A stretch of DNA of 64,000 nucleotides from Armatimonadota bacterium (GCA_049969495.1 JBMFOT010000002.1:4406-68405); one strand, 5' to 3'; shown: positions 47,566 through 57,855, numbered from the stretch's first letter. The notes: generated by a model not told the origin, from the sequence alone. Program-made: numbers and translations.

Positions 47566-48654
47566 ATGTGGGGCAGGCTTGCCCTGCTGATTGGCGTGTT
47601 GTGTCTTTTTCTGCCCAGTGGTGCAGGAAGCGCAAGCGACTATCGCATCAGCGCGGGCGACACGCTGGAAGTTGCTGTTTGGGGGTATGAAGACCTCTCC
47701 CGCACGGTCATCGTACGCCCCGACGGCAACATCTCCTTGCCGGTGGTGGGCGAACTGCGCGCGCAGGGCATCACCCCGGACGAACTGGCGCGACAGGTTG
47801 CCGGTTCCCTTTCCCGCTGGGTGAAAAATCCCCGCGTCAGCGTCATCGTCAAATCTTTCGCGCAACATCAGATTTTCGTGCTCGGAGCGGTGGCTCGTCC
47901 GGGCGTCTATCCTCTGCAGCCCGGCTTAACCGTCGCCGAAGCAATTGCGCTGGCAGGGGGATTCACCGCCAATGCCGACCGCAACCACCTCACCGTTCTG
48001 CGCAGAGAGCAGGCGCAAGACGTAAAGTTCTCCGTGAGGTTTACCGATAATCTCTCACGAGAGGATTCAGCGGTACGCTTCGTGCTTCAACCGGGTGATA
48101 ACCTGATTGTCTCTGAAGCCGCTTTCACCGTCACCGGTGCGGTGGCACGTCCGGGAGTGTATTCGGTAGGCACGCTACGAAACCTGGAAGAAGCACTGGC
48201 GACCGCCGGAGGCACCTTGACATTCGGAGACCCGTCTCGCGCTGAGGTGCAAGTGGGTGAAAGGACGGAGGTGGTAGACCTACTGGATGCCGGCGTGCGC
48301 CAACGACCGCTCCAGCCAGGCATGACCATCCGCGTGCCGGAACGGGAAAATACCCTGTTCGTTATCGGTGAGGTCGCGAGGGCAGGAGCATACGGCTGGG
48401 CAAAGGGACGCTGCGAGACGCTAATGGATGCGCTGACTGCCGCAGGAGGTCCCACCCGCGAGGCACGGCTGGAGCGCGTGGTGGTGAACCGTGGCAACCA
48501 GTTCCTGCAGGTGAACGCGACCACCCCGCAGGGAGCGCGCTTTCCCCTGCAGCCGACCGACGTGGTGATTGTGCCCTCGCGCCCCAGACCCAATTACGAA
48601 TGGACGGCGGTACTTGGCACGCTGCTGGCGGTCTATTCGGTGTTCCGACGTTAG
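47566..48654 (+). CDS. Polysaccharide export protein (Wza/GumB-like; Poly_export + SLBB domains)
   Basis: A signal peptide. ISAGDTLEVAVWGYEDLSRTVIVRPDGNISLPVVGELRAQGITPDELARQV is the Poly_export motif. Two SLBB-like segments follow. Confidence 0.75.
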   Translation: MWGRLALLIGVLCLFLPSGAGSASDYRISAGDTLEVAVWGYEDLSRTVIVRPDGNISLPVVGELRAQGITPDELARQVAGSLSRWVKNPRVSVIVKSFAQHQIFVLGAVARPGVYPLQPGLTVAEAIALAGGFTANADRNHLTVLRREQAQDVKFSVRFTDNLSREDSAVRFVLQPGDNLIVSEAAFTVTGAVARPGVYSVGTLRNLEEALATAGGTLTFGDPSRAEVQVGERTEVVDLLDAGVRQRPLQPGMTIRVPERENTLFVIGEVARAGAYGWAKGRCETLMDALTAAGGPTREARLERVVVNRGNQFLQVNATTPQGARFPLQPTDVVIVPSRPRPNYEWTAVLGTLLAVYSVFRR

Positions 48655-48661
48655 CCCCATC

Positions 48662-49480
48662 ATGATAGACCTCCACACCCACATTCTGCCCGGCGTCGAT
48701 GACGGTCTCCAGGACATCAGCGAGGCGCTGCTCATGGCGGAAGATGCGGTCGCACAGGGCGTGAGCGTCATGGTAGCAACACCGCACCTCCGCTGGGGCG
48801 AGCGACAGGAGCTGGACGCCTTGCGGATTCGGCGCGAGGTGGCTGACCTGAACGCTCTGATGCAGGCGAAGGGTGTTCCGATAGAGATACTGCCCGGTTG
48901 CGAGATCCCGTTAACCGCCGACCTGCCGGAGCGATTACAGCGTGATGAGTGGATGTCGCTGGGCGACAGCGGGCACGCAGTGCTGGTGGAACCACCTTGG
49001 GAGCAATGGCCGCCTTTCGGCAAGGCAGTCATCCAGAGTCTGCTGGACGCGGGCTGGAGCGTGGTGCTAGCGCATCCCGAACGCCACCGCTTCTTCCAGA
49101 ATCACCTGGGCTTGCTGGAGGAGCTGGTGCAGATGGGCGTGCATTTGCAAGTGACCACCGGCTCTCTGATACCGGGCAAGGCTTCGCCAGCGGCGGCACG
49201 ATGCGCCTACGAGCTGACGGAGCGACGGCTGGTCAGCGTGGTGGCTTCGGATTGCCACGGTGTGACACACCGCCGGTGCGATCTGGGCGAGGCGGCGGAA
49301 CTGCTCCGACGCACATACGGACCGCACGTAGCGCGAATGCTGACCGACGGCGTGCCCCGCGCGTTGTTGCGAGGAGAGAGGGTGGAACCGGCGCAAATCT
49401 GGAAAAACGCGCCGACAGACGAAAGCCGATGGAAACGATTGTTGCGGGCTGTTTTGAGGAGGGAAACCGATGACGGATAA
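48662..49480 (+). CDS. CpsB/YwqE-type manganese-dependent protein-tyrosine phosphatase (PHP family)
   Basis: MIDLHTHILPGVDDGLQDISEALLMAEDAVAQGVSVMVATPH is the classic CpsB N-terminus. It starts 8 nt after the wza-like stop. Its stop overlaps the flgB start. Confidence 0.75.
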   Translation: MIDLHTHILPGVDDGLQDISEALLMAEDAVAQGVSVMVATPHLRWGERQELDALRIRREVADLNALMQAKGVPIEILPGCEIPLTADLPERLQRDEWMSLGDSGHAVLVEPPWEQWPPFGKAVIQSLLDAGWSVVLAHPERHRFFQNHLGLLEELVQMGVHLQVTTGSLIPGKASPAAARCAYELTERRLVSVVASDCHGVTHRRCDLGEAAELLRRTYGPHVARMLTDGVPRALLRGERVEPAQIWKNAPTDESRWKRLLRAVLRRETDDG

Positions 49481-49868
49481 GCTGTTTGGCGGAAATTACC
49501 CCTTGCTGAAGCAGGCACTTCATGCATGTGCTCTGCGGCAGGAAGCGATTGCGCACAACATCGCGAACGTGAACACCCCCGGCTACCGGCGAATCGACGT
49601 GTCCTTTGAAGAGTTTCTGCGCGCTGCCCAGCAAACACCTCTGCAGACTACCCACCCGCGTCACTACGCACTGTCGCCTCCCCGGCTGGCAAAACCTCAA
49701 GTAACCCCTGATGAGGATGCGCCTATGCGCCCCGACGGGAACACGGTGGATATCGACTACGAGATGGCGCAACTCGCCGAAAACCAGATACGCTTCCAGG
49801 CGCTCAGCCAGCTGATTACCGGTCGCTACCAGAGCCTGAAAACGGTCATCACGGGTGGAGGGAGGTAA
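49470..49868 (+). CDS. flgB: Flagellar basal-body rod protein FlgB
   Basis: ...AIAHNIANVNTPGYRRIDVSFEEF (rod N-terminal motif), 132 aa. Confidence 0.85.
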   Translation: MTDKLFGGNYPLLKQALHACALRQEAIAHNIANVNTPGYRRIDVSFEEFLRAAQQTPLQTTHPRHYALSPPRLAKPQVTPDEDAPMRPDGNTVDIDYEMAQLAENQIRFQALSQLITGRYQSLKTVITGGGR

Positions 49869-49874
49869 GCACAC

Positions 49875-50318
49875 GTGAGCATCTTTAACTCCTTACGCAT
49901 CAGCGCATCCGGCTTGACTGCCGAGAGGTTGCGTCTGGACGTTATCGCCGATAACCTGGCAAACGTCAACACCACGCGCACAGCGACAGGAGGTCCCTAC
50001 CGGCGCAAGGTGGCGATACTGGAAGAGCGTCCCACCGGTTTTGCGGACCTGCTGGGCATCCAGTCCGCGCCGGCGATGGGCAGGGGCGGCGTGCGTGTGG
50101 CGGCGATAGCAGAAGATACAAGCCCTCCTCAGCGTGTGTACAATCCGGGGCACCCCGATGCCGACGCCGACGGTTATGTGCTGATGCCCAACGTGAACGT
50201 GGTAACCGAAATGGTGGAGATGATTACCGCTACGCGGGCGTACGAGGCAAACGTCACCGCGATGAACGCGGCGAAGCAGATGGCTTTGCGCACGCTGGAC
50301 ATCGGCAGGAACGCATAA
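49875..50318 (+). CDS. flgC: Flagellar basal-body rod protein FlgC
   Basis: MSIFNSLRISASGLTAERLRLDVIADNLANVNTT. GTG start with a GGAGGT RBS. Confidence 0.85.
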   Translation: MSIFNSLRISASGLTAERLRLDVIADNLANVNTTRTATGGPYRRKVAILEERPTGFADLLGIQSAPAMGRGGVRVAAIAEDTSPPQRVYNPGHPDADADGYVLMPNVNVVTEMVEMITATRAYEANVTAMNAAKQMALRTLDIGRNA

Positions 50319-50328
50319 GGGGGAGTAG

Positions 50329-50634
50329 ATGATGGACATTCGCTTGAACTCTGTGCTGCCGGGGGCAACAGGAGCTCTTCTCCCCTCTCCCACAGAGTCG
50401 GGCGAGGGAACAGAATTCTCCTTCACCGACGCGCTCAAGGATGCGTTTGACAGGATAAACCAGATGCAGAACGACGCCGCCGAGCTGGCCCGGCAGTTCG
50501 CGGCAGGCGAGACCGACGACCTGGTACGCGTGGTCACCGCGGCGGAGGAAGCCTCTATCGCCCTGCAGCTGGCGATGCAGGTGCGCAACAAGGTGGTAGA
50601 GGCGTATCAGGAAATCATGCGGATGCAGGTATAG
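50329..50634 (+). CDS. fliE: Flagellar hook-basal body complex protein FliE
   Basis: 101 aa. The C-terminal ...AEEASIALQLAMQVRNKVVEAYQEIMRMQV is typical of FliE. Confidence 0.8.
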   Translation: MMDIRLNSVLPGATGALLPSPTESGEGTEFSFTDALKDAFDRINQMQNDAAELARQFAAGETDDLVRVVTAAEEASIALQLAMQVRNKVVEAYQEIMRMQV

Positions 50635-50637
50635 CCG

Positions 50638-52260
50638 ATGCTGGAACGAGTGCGCGAGTGGTGGCAGACCAGTGACCGCCAGACCCGGCTGATCGCCGTT
50701 GCTTCGGCAGTGGGGCTGGTCATCGTGATGATAGCCCTCTCCTTCTGGGCGACTCAGCCGGAGTGGGACGTGCTGTACACCGGCTTATCGCCGTCGGACT
50801 CCGGCGCCATCGTCGCGCGGCTGAAGCAGGCGAAGGTCCCTTATCGTCTCTCCGCCGGGGGCAGCACGATCGAAGTGCCCGCCCGAAACCGTGATGAGAT
50901 GTTACTCTCTCTGGCGGCGGAGGGATTGCCCAATCAGGGCACGCTGGGCTACAGCCGGCTGGAGAAGCTGGGCTTCGGTACCACTCAGACGGTGGAACAG
51001 GAGACCACCCGTATCGCGCATGAAGAGGCTCTCCAGAACACCATCTCGCGCCTGCAGCCGGTAGCGGGCGCGCGCGTGCATATCACCCCTGCCATCGATT
51101 CGCCTTTCGTCGGCGAGAAGAAGCCTGCCAAAGCGAGCGTGATGGTAGACCTCAAACCGGGGCAGCAGCTCACACGCGAGCAGATTGCCTCCATCGTCTT
51201 CCTCGTATCGCGCAGCGTGGTAGGGCTGTCGCCGGACAACGTCTCGGTGGTGGACGAATATGCCAACCTGCTCTGGGATGGCTCGCAGGCTTCGGATATG
51301 GCGCCCGGCGTGGCAAGCAACAAGCTGGAACTGGAACGCGCGTATGCGGAGACCATCCAGCGCCAGCTCCAGCAGCAGCTCGACGCGGTGCTGGGACCGG
51401 GCAAATCGAGGTTGACGGTCACCGCCGAACTGGACCTGGACCGCGAGGAGGTCAACCAGAAGCAGATCGAAACCGGACCTGACGGGCAGGGCACGCCTGT
51501 GAGCGAGACACGCACCGAAGAGACCGTGCGCGGCGCCGCACCGCGCGGGGGAAGCGGTACTGCAGGCGTGCCAACATACCCCACAACGCCCGCAGGAGCA
51601 CCCGGCGAATACAAACACTCCTCTACCACCACGAACTACGAGGTGGGACAGAGCACTATCCACCGTGTGAAGACGCCCGGCAGGGTGGTACGTATGTCGG
51701 TGGCGGCCATGATAGACGCTTCGGTGCCGCAGGAGCAGGTGGAGAAGGTGCGTACCTTCCTGGAGGGTGCGGTCGGCGCGGACCAGAGCGACCCCAATCG
51801 TCGGTTCCGCGTGATTGTGGAAAGCATCCCCTTCGACAACACGCTGGCGAAGGAGGCGGAAGCTGCCCGCAAACAGTTTGCCAGCCGTCAGCTGATAGAC
51901 ACCGCACTGCGCTATCTCCCTCTGGCGATGTTGTTGATTGTGCTGTTGCTTCTGGCGAAGGCGTTGCGACCGGCGCGTGTGGCGCAGACGCCCGAGGGCG
52001 TGGTTATGTCGTTGCCGGGGGGCAGCGTGCCTGAGGAGGCTGCGGGAACCGAGGGAGCGGACGGGGATCTGCCCGAGCAAGCAGCGGCGGAGATGCGGAA
52101 GACACACCGTACAGATGCCCTGTCTGAAGAAGAAGTGGAAATCACCCCCATTCGCGAGCGCGTGGACGTGAATCTGGAGAGCGTCATCCGGCTGGCAGAC
52201 CAGAAGCCGGAGAAGGTTGCCATGTTGATTAAAGGCTGGTTGGCGGAGGACGAGCGATAA
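50638..52260 (+). CDS. fliF: Flagellar M-ring protein FliF
   Basis: 540 aa. An N-terminal TM, a YscJ/FliF domain (VLYTGLSPSDSGAIVARLKQAKVPYRL) and a C-terminal TM are present. Confidence 0.9.
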   Translation: MLERVREWWQTSDRQTRLIAVASAVGLVIVMIALSFWATQPEWDVLYTGLSPSDSGAIVARLKQAKVPYRLSAGGSTIEVPARNRDEMLLSLAAEGLPNQGTLGYSRLEKLGFGTTQTVEQETTRIAHEEALQNTISRLQPVAGARVHITPAIDSPFVGEKKPAKASVMVDLKPGQQLTREQIASIVFLVSRSVVGLSPDNVSVVDEYANLLWDGSQASDMAPGVASNKLELERAYAETIQRQLQQQLDAVLGPGKSRLTVTAELDLDREEVNQKQIETGPDGQGTPVSETRTEETVRGAAPRGGSGTAGVPTYPTTPAGAPGEYKHSSTTTNYEVGQSTIHRVKTPGRVVRMSVAAMIDASVPQEQVEKVRTFLEGAVGADQSDPNRRFRVIVESIPFDNTLAKEAEAARKQFASRQLIDTALRYLPLAMLLIVLLLLAKALRPARVAQTPEGVVMSLPGGSVPEEAAGTEGADGDLPEQAAAEMRKTHRTDALSEEEVEITPIRERVDVNLESVIRLADQKPEKVAMLIKGWLAEDER

Positions 52261-53285
52261 TGACTACACGAACTGCGACGCCACAGCTCACACATCGCCA
52301 GAAAGCGGCGGTGATGATTGTGGCGATGGGGCCCGATGTGGCAGGCAAGGTACTGCGCCATCTGGATGAGGACGAGGTAGAACAAATCACCCTCGAAATC
52401 GCCCGCATGGGCAAAATCCCGCCAGAGGTGCGCGAAGCGATTATCGAGGAGTTTCACGACCTCTGTGTGGCACAGGAGTATATCGCGGAGGGCGGTTTGC
52501 AACACGCCCGGCAGGTGCTGGAGAACGCTTTCGGTCCCGAAAGAGCCAACGAGCTCATCACCCGCGTCATTCAGGCGATGCAGATTGTGCCGTTCGACTT
52601 CATCAAGAAAACGGACCCCAGCCAGCTGCTGAACTTCATTCAGGATGAGCACCCGCAAACCATTGCGCTGATACTGGCTTACCTTCCTCCCAATCAGGCA
52701 GCGCAGGTGTTGCAAGGGCTACCTCCCGAATTGCGGGCGGAGGTGGCACACCGCATTGCCATCATGGATCGCACCCCGCCCGACGTGATTCGGGAGGTAG
52801 AGAAGGTGCTGGAGCGCAAGCTCTCCTCGGTGATTTCGCAGGATTTCACCACCGCCGGCGGTGTGAAGGCGCTGGTGGAACTGCTCAACTGGGTAGACCG
52901 AACCAGCGAGCGCATGATACTGGACAGCCTTTCCGAGACCAACCCTGAGCTGGCGGAAGAGGTCAAGAAGATGATGTTCGTGTTCGAGGACATCGTGCAG
53001 CTGGACGACCGCTCCATCCAGGCGGTGCTCAAGGAGGTGGACATGAAGGAGCTTGCGCTCGCACTCAAGGGTTGCAGCGAGGAGGTGCGTCAGCGTATCT
53101 TCAAGAACATGTCCGAACGCGCCGCCAACATGCTCAAAGAGGATATGGAGTTCATGGGTCCGGTGCGCCTGCGCAACGTGGAAGAGGCTCAGCAGCGCAT
53201 CGTCGCCATCATCCGACGCATGGAGGAGGCTGGCGAAATCGTCATCGCGCGTGGTGGCGGCGGTGCGGAAGAGATGGTGGTGTAA
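52260..53285 (+). CDS. fliG: Flagellar motor switch protein FliG
   Basis: 341 aa. FliG N, middle and C domains are present (LTHRQKAAVMIVAMGPDVAGKVLRHLDEDEVEQITLEIARM ...). Confidence 0.9.
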   Translation: MTTRTATPQLTHRQKAAVMIVAMGPDVAGKVLRHLDEDEVEQITLEIARMGKIPPEVREAIIEEFHDLCVAQEYIAEGGLQHARQVLENAFGPERANELITRVIQAMQIVPFDFIKKTDPSQLLNFIQDEHPQTIALILAYLPPNQAAQVLQGLPPELRAEVAHRIAIMDRTPPDVIREVEKVLERKLSSVISQDFTTAGGVKALVELLNWVDRTSERMILDSLSETNPELAEEVKKMMFVFEDIVQLDDRSIQAVLKEVDMKELALALKGCSEEVRQRIFKNMSERAANMLKEDMEFMGPVRLRNVEEAQQRIVAIIRRMEEAGEIVIARGGGGAEEMVV

Positions 53286-53288
53286 CCG

Positions 53289-53993
53289 ATGCTGGGGCAG
53301 GTACTCAAGGGCAACCAGCTGGCTCGCTTCACCCGATGGGTGGGGTCTCCTCTGCGGGTTATCCAAACACCCTCCGAACCGCAGGAGCAAGAACATGAAT
53401 CGACAGGTCCCACCCCCGAAGAGTTGCTGGCGGAAGCGAAGCGCGTTCTGGCGGAAGCGCACCGGCAGGCGGACCAGATGCGCCAGGATGCGGTGCGCAA
53501 GGGCTATGAAGAGGGCTTGCAGCTGGGGCGTGAGGAAGGGTTACGCCACTATCAACAAGCGATAGAAGCTCTGGGTAGCGAGGTGCAAAAGCTGGTGGAC
53601 GCCATCCTCGCCGAGCGACAGCGACTTTGGGAGGAGATGGAGCCGCAGGTAGTAGACCTTGTGCTGGAAATCGCCCGCAAGGTGCTGCGCGAGGAGATTC
53701 AGGCGCGTCGTGAAGCTACCCTGTCCATCATTAAGCACGCCCTGCGGCGCGTGGTGGACACCGAACACGTACGTATCCGGGTGCATCCCGACGACCTGCG
53801 GATTGCCAGGGAGCATCGGGAGGACTTCCTCGCCGTGTGCGACGGGGTAAAGCAGATAGAGATTGTAGACGACCAGCGTGTAGGCGGTGGTGGTTGTATT
53901 ATTGAGACGCCCAGCGGTACTATCGACGCTTCTTTGCGCACACAAATACAGTCGGTAGAGAAATCGCTACGGCAGGAGGATCAGGCGGCGTAA
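53289..53993 (+). CDS. fliH: Flagellar assembly protein FliH
   Basis: A charged coiled-coil N-terminus and a C-terminal FliH domain. Its position between fliG and fliI supports the call. Confidence 0.7.
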   Translation: MLGQVLKGNQLARFTRWVGSPLRVIQTPSEPQEQEHESTGPTPEELLAEAKRVLAEAHRQADQMRQDAVRKGYEEGLQLGREEGLRHYQQAIEALGSEVQKLVDAILAERQRLWEEMEPQVVDLVLEIARKVLREEIQARREATLSIIKHALRRVVDTEHVRIRVHPDDLRIAREHREDFLAVCDGVKQIEIVDDQRVGGGGCIIETPSGTIDASLRTQIQSVEKSLRQEDQAA

Positions 53994-54012
53994 CGGATAG
54001 GGGTGAGCGAAG

Positions 54013-55359
54013 ATGCGGAACGCGCCTGAAAACCTGCTACCATTATCTCCACCCGACCTGTCGGCAGCGCGGGAGCGATTGCGCCTGCTGGACCCGATAA
54101 AGGTGCACGGTCGGGTGCAACAGGTTATCGGGCTGGTCATAGAAAGCGTCGGACCCGCTGCGCGTGTAGGTGAGGTCTGCGAGATTCACTTCCAGCGCAC
54201 ACGCCCTCCCATCTTTGCGGAGGTGGTGGGCTTTCGGCAGAACCGCGTGCTGTTGATGCCTTTGGGGGAGATGGAGGGTATCACGCCCGGCAGTCAGGTG
54301 GTAGCAACGGGCATGGTACACAAAGTACCTGTCGGCGAATGCCTGCTGGGGCGCGTGCTGGACGGGTTGGGCAGACCGATGGACAGCGGGCCACCGATTA
54401 CTCCAGACACCCTGTATCCGGTGAACCGCCAGCCCCCGAATGCCCTGGCTCGCAAACGCATTACCGAAGCGGTCAGTCTGGGGGTACGGGCGATTGACGG
54501 GTTGCTTACCGTCGGCAAGGGGCAACGTATCGGCATCTTCGCCGGCTCCGGTGTGGGCAAAAGTACCCTGCTGGGCATGATTGCCCGCTACACCAGCGCG
54601 GATGTGAACGTCATCGCCCTCACCGGCGAGCGTGGGCGTGAGGTACGCGAGTTCATAGAAGAGGACCTGGGTGAGGAAGGGCTAAAGCGGTCGGTGGTGG
54701 TGGTCGCGACGTCCGATCAGCCTGCGCTGCTGCGCATTAAAGCGGCGATGGTCGCCACAACCATTGCCGAGTACTTCCGGGATCAGGGGCTGGATGTGTT
54801 GCTGATGATGGATTCGGTCACACGCCTTGCGCTGGCGCAGCGCGAGGTGGGATTGGCTATCGGCGAACCGCCTGCCACACGCGGCTACACGCCCTCGGTG
54901 TTTGCCATTCTGCCTCGTCTGCTGGAACGCGCGGGCACATCGGATAAGGGCACAATTACCGGGCTGTACACCGTGCTGGTGGAAGCCGATGATATGAACG
55001 AGCCGGTCGCCGACACCGTGCGGGGCATCCTGGACGGGCACATTGTGTTGTCGCGTGCGTTGGCGCACCGCAACCACTATCCTGCCATTGATGTGCTGGC
55101 AAGCGTCTCGCGCGTGATGCCCCAAATCACCGATGAGGAACATCGGCAGGCGGCGGCGCAGGTGCGTAAGGTGCTGGCGGACTACACCGAGGCGGAAGAC
55201 CTGATTAACATCGGCGCGTACCAGCAGGGCAGTAACCCCGATATCGACTACGCCCTGCGCTACATCGGCAAGGTGCGTGAGTTCTTGCAACAGGGCAAGA
55301 TGGAGGGATGCCCGCTGGAGCAGACGATACAGCGGTTGAAAACATTGTTCGTTGATTGA
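54013..55359 (+). CDS. fliI: Flagellum-specific ATP synthase FliI
   Basis: Walker [24 protein letters not shown] and Walker [10 protein letters not shown], 448 aa. Confidence 0.9.
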   Translation: MRNAPENLLPLSPPDLSAARERLRLLDPIKVHGRVQQVIGLVIESVGPAARVGEVCEIHFQRTRPPIFAEVVGFRQNRVLLMPLGEMEGITPGSQVVATGMVHKVPVGECLLGRVLDGLGRPMDSGPPITPDTLYPVNRQPPNALARKRITEAVSLGVRAIDGLLTVGKGQRIGIFAGSGVGKSTLLGMIARYTSADVNVIALTGERGREVREFIEEDLGEEGLKRSVVVVATSDQPALLRIKAAMVATTIAEYFRDQGLDVLLMMDSVTRLALAQREVGLAIGEPPATRGYTPSVFAILPRLLERAGTSDKGTITGLYTVLVEADDMNEPVADTVRGILDGHIVLSRALAHRNHYPAIDVLASVSRVMPQITDEEHRQAAAQVRKVLADYTEAEDLINIGAYQQGSNPDIDYALRYIGKVREFLQQGKMEGCPLEQTIQRLKTLFVD

Positions 55360-55391
55360 TAAATTGATTGGGTTGATTGCGTGCGTGTTGA

Positions 55392-55477
55392 TGAGCGTTT
55401 ATGGGCTTTTGTCATCCTAACAGCGTATCGGTGAGCGTTTGTGCGCTTGTGTCATTCTGAACGGAGCGAAGAATCTC
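55392..55477. repeat. Tandem imperfect duplication of family A repeat (..TGAGCGTTTrTGsGCTTkTGTCATyCTrAmmGsG..), second copy GTCATTCTGAACGGAGCGAAGAATCTC
   Basis: Two units of about 42 nt sit head-to-tail in the fliI-fliJ intergenic region. The second unit is the best match to the family consensus. Confidence 0.5.
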
Positions 55478-55489
55478 ATTACCAGTGCT

Positions 55490-55966
55490 ATGCGACGATT
55501 TGAGTTCTCTCTACAAAAAGTTCTGGACTACCGTCAACGGCGGGAAGAGCAGGCGGTGCGTGCCTTTACACAAGCGCAAGCGCAGCTACTGCACGAGCAG
55601 GCGGTGTTGCACAAACTGGTTGTGGAACGCGAAGAGTGTCTGCGCCGTTCGCATCGTCAGCAGCGTCTGACGGTGGAACTGCTGGATGTAGAACAAACCT
55701 ATCTGTCCGCTCTGGAAGAGCGCATCGAGGCACAGCGCGAACGGGTGGCAGAGGCAGAGAAGGTGCTGGAAGAGAAACGACAGGCTTTGACGCAGGCACA
55801 GCGCGAACGCAAAGCACTGGAACGCTTGCGAGAGAAGCACTACGAACAGTGGCGTCAGGAAATATTGCGCATCGAGCAGAAAGCACTGGATGAGCTTGCG
55901 ACGGCGCGATCGGTGCGATCACCGGGCGTTTTGACCTTACACACAGGGGGTGAGGAGCGTGAGTAG
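55490..55966 (+). CDS. fliJ: Flagellar export chaperone FliJ
   Basis: MRRFEFSLQKVLDYRQRREEQAVRAF... is a coiled coil of about 158 aa. The internal ATG is chosen over the TTG at 55439. Confidence 0.7.
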   Translation: MRRFEFSLQKVLDYRQRREEQAVRAFTQAQAQLLHEQAVLHKLVVEREECLRRSHRQQRLTVELLDVEQTYLSALEERIEAQRERVAEAEKVLEEKRQALTQAQRERKALERLREKHYEQWRQEILRIEQKALDELATARSVRSPGVLTLHTGGEERE

Positions 55967-56492
55967 CCTGTACGCACAGGCGATTGCCCGAATGCAAGCC
56001 CTGTGGCAAAGGGTGGAGCAGTTATCTATTGCTACGCCTTCCGTCAGCCCGTCCTCCGGGTTCGCGCAGGCACTGCGGGTGGCGCAGCGGAGCGCTACCG
56101 CTATGTTACCGGCTGCAATCGGCGAGTTGATAGCGCGCGTGGCGCAGGAAGAGGGGGTGGATGAGGCACTGGTGCGAGCGGTGGTACGGGCAGAATCCGG
56201 CGGCAACCCCAACGCGGTTTCGCCGAAGGGAGCAATGGGTTTGATGCAGCTGATGCCGGGTACCGCCGAAGCGATGGGCGTCAGCAATCCCTTTGACCCC
56301 GAGCAGAACCTGCGTGGTGGTGTGCGCTTGCTGCGGGGGCTACTGAATGAGTTCGGCGATGTGCGCCTCGCGCTGGCGGCGTACAACGCGGGAGGACCGG
56401 CAGTGCGCCAGTATGGGGGCATCCCCCCGTATGCGGAAACCCAGAAATTCGTGCAGAGGGTGATGGAGCTGTGGCAGGGTGAGCGCCGATGA
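55950..56492 (+). CDS. Lytic transglycosylase (SLT domain), flagellum-associated
   Basis: ESGGNPNAVSPKGAMGLMQLMPGTA (SLT catalytic motif). GTG start. Confidence 0.7.
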   Translation: MRSVSSLYAQAIARMQALWQRVEQLSIATPSVSPSSGFAQALRVAQRSATAMLPAAIGELIARVAQEEGVDEALVRAVVRAESGGNPNAVSPKGAMGLMQLMPGTAEAMGVSNPFDPEQNLRGGVRLLRGLLNEFGDVRLALAAYNAGGPAVRQYGGIPPYAETQKFVQRVMELWQGERR

Positions 56493-56986
56493 AGCGGTTG
56501 TTGCTGGTGCTGATACTTCTGCTGGCACTACTGGGGGTTGCGTACGGACTGGCGAAGATGGGCGTTATTCCGGTGGCGAAGCTGACGGCGAAAAACCCCG
56601 CGCTGGCGAAGTTCGCCCGCACGGTGGGACTACTCCCCCGCAAGCAGGCGGTCAAAGCCGATACGAAGGAAGAGCACTCTTCCAGCCCCGCTCCTGAAGC
56701 CTCTCGCCCCATGAAAGTTGCTGAACCGCCCCGTCCCGCCGTGCAGCCGCCGGTAACCGCTCCCGCTTCTGCTGGCGATAACGCCGGTCGGCAGATTGGC
56801 TGGGTGGCGAAGGTGTATGAGAACATGGAGCCTGAGGAGGCGGTGCGTATCATGGAGAAGATGGACGACCGCGAAGTGGTGCCTCTGTTGCGTCGCATGA
56901 AACAGCGGCAGGTGGCGCAAATCCTCGCGCTGATGCCTCCCGACCGCGCCGCTCGCCTCTCACGCACCCTGATGATTCAGAGGTAA
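56489..56986 (+). CDS. FlbB/YlxF-like flagellar protein (MgtE_N-like domain)
   Basis: An N-terminal TM or signal. The C-terminal MEPEEAVRIMEKMDDREVVPLLRRMKQRQVAQILALMPPDRAARL is a MgtE_N-type helical repeat. Confidence 0.55.
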   Translation: MKRLLLVLILLLALLGVAYGLAKMGVIPVAKLTAKNPALAKFARTVGLLPRKQAVKADTKEEHSSSPAPEASRPMKVAEPPRPAVQPPVTAPASAGDNAGRQIGWVAKVYENMEPEEAVRIMEKMDDREVVPLLRRMKQRQVAQILALMPPDRAARLSRTLMIQR

Positions 56987-57034
56987 AAAGCACAACAGCT
57001 TCCCATCTCGCCTCTGGTGAGGTATAATGAAAGC

Positions 57035-57841
57035 ATGAACCCCTTCCCCGGAATGAACCCGTATCTGGAACGCTACTGGCGGGACGTGCACGCCTCGCTC
57101 ATTGTGTACGCTCGTGAGGCGTTGCAGATGCAGCTTCCGCCCGGCATGGTGGCACGTATTGAGGAGCGCGTGTACGTGGACGTGCCCCATGACGGTATCC
57201 GCCGCATCATCTATCCCGACGTACATGTCTCCGAGTCCCGAGAACCCGTCGGCGGGGGAGGCACGGCAACCACTACCGCCGTGCTGGAAGAAGTGGCCAC
57301 TCAACGGCTCATTATCGAGGTAGAAGAGGAGCCGATTACGGAGACCTATATCGAGGTGGTAGACCTGTCGGGTGGGAGGGTCATTACGGTAATCGAGGTG
57401 CTCAGCGTGGCTAACAAGCTGCCTGGGGAGGGTCAGGATGTCTATTTGCGCAAACAGAGAGGGGTTATTGAAGCGGGAGTGAACCTGGTAGAGATTGATC
57501 TGCTGCGCACCGGTCAATGGGTGCTGAGTATTCCGTTTGGGAACATCCCGCCGGAGCGGCACACCCCCTACTTCGTGGTTGTCTATCGCAGCTGGCAGCC
57601 GAAAAAGCGCGAGGTCTACCCGATTGCCCTCAATCAGAGGCTGCCTCAAATCGCCATCCCCCTGCGCCCTACGGACCAGGACGTGCTGCTGGACCTGCAG
57701 GAACTGGTGAACCGCTGTTATGAGGTCGGGCGGTATGACCTGTGGATAGACTACTCCCAGGAGCCGGAACCTCCCTTGCCACCGGAAGGGGCAAAGTGGC
57801 TACATCGGCTGCTGGTGGAGAAGGGCAAACGAAGCGCGTGA
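57035..57841 (+). CDS. DUF4058 family protein (Uma2-like restriction-endonuclease fold)
   Basis: MNPFPGMNPYLERYWRDVHASLI matches the DUF4058 N-terminus. The core IEVLSVANK...D...K...GVNLVEIDLL fits the Uma2/PD-(D/E)xK pattern. Confidence 0.6.
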   Translation: MNPFPGMNPYLERYWRDVHASLIVYAREALQMQLPPGMVARIEERVYVDVPHDGIRRIIYPDVHVSESREPVGGGGTATTTAVLEEVATQRLIIEVEEEPITETYIEVVDLSGGRVITVIEVLSVANKLPGEGQDVYLRKQRGVIEAGVNLVEIDLLRTGQWVLSIPFGNIPPERHTPYFVVVYRSWQPKKREVYPIALNQRLPQIAIPLRPTDQDVLLDLQELVNRCYEVGRYDLWIDYSQEPEPPLPPEGAKWLHRLLVEKGKRSA

Positions 57842-57855
57842 AACAAGCCGGGCGT

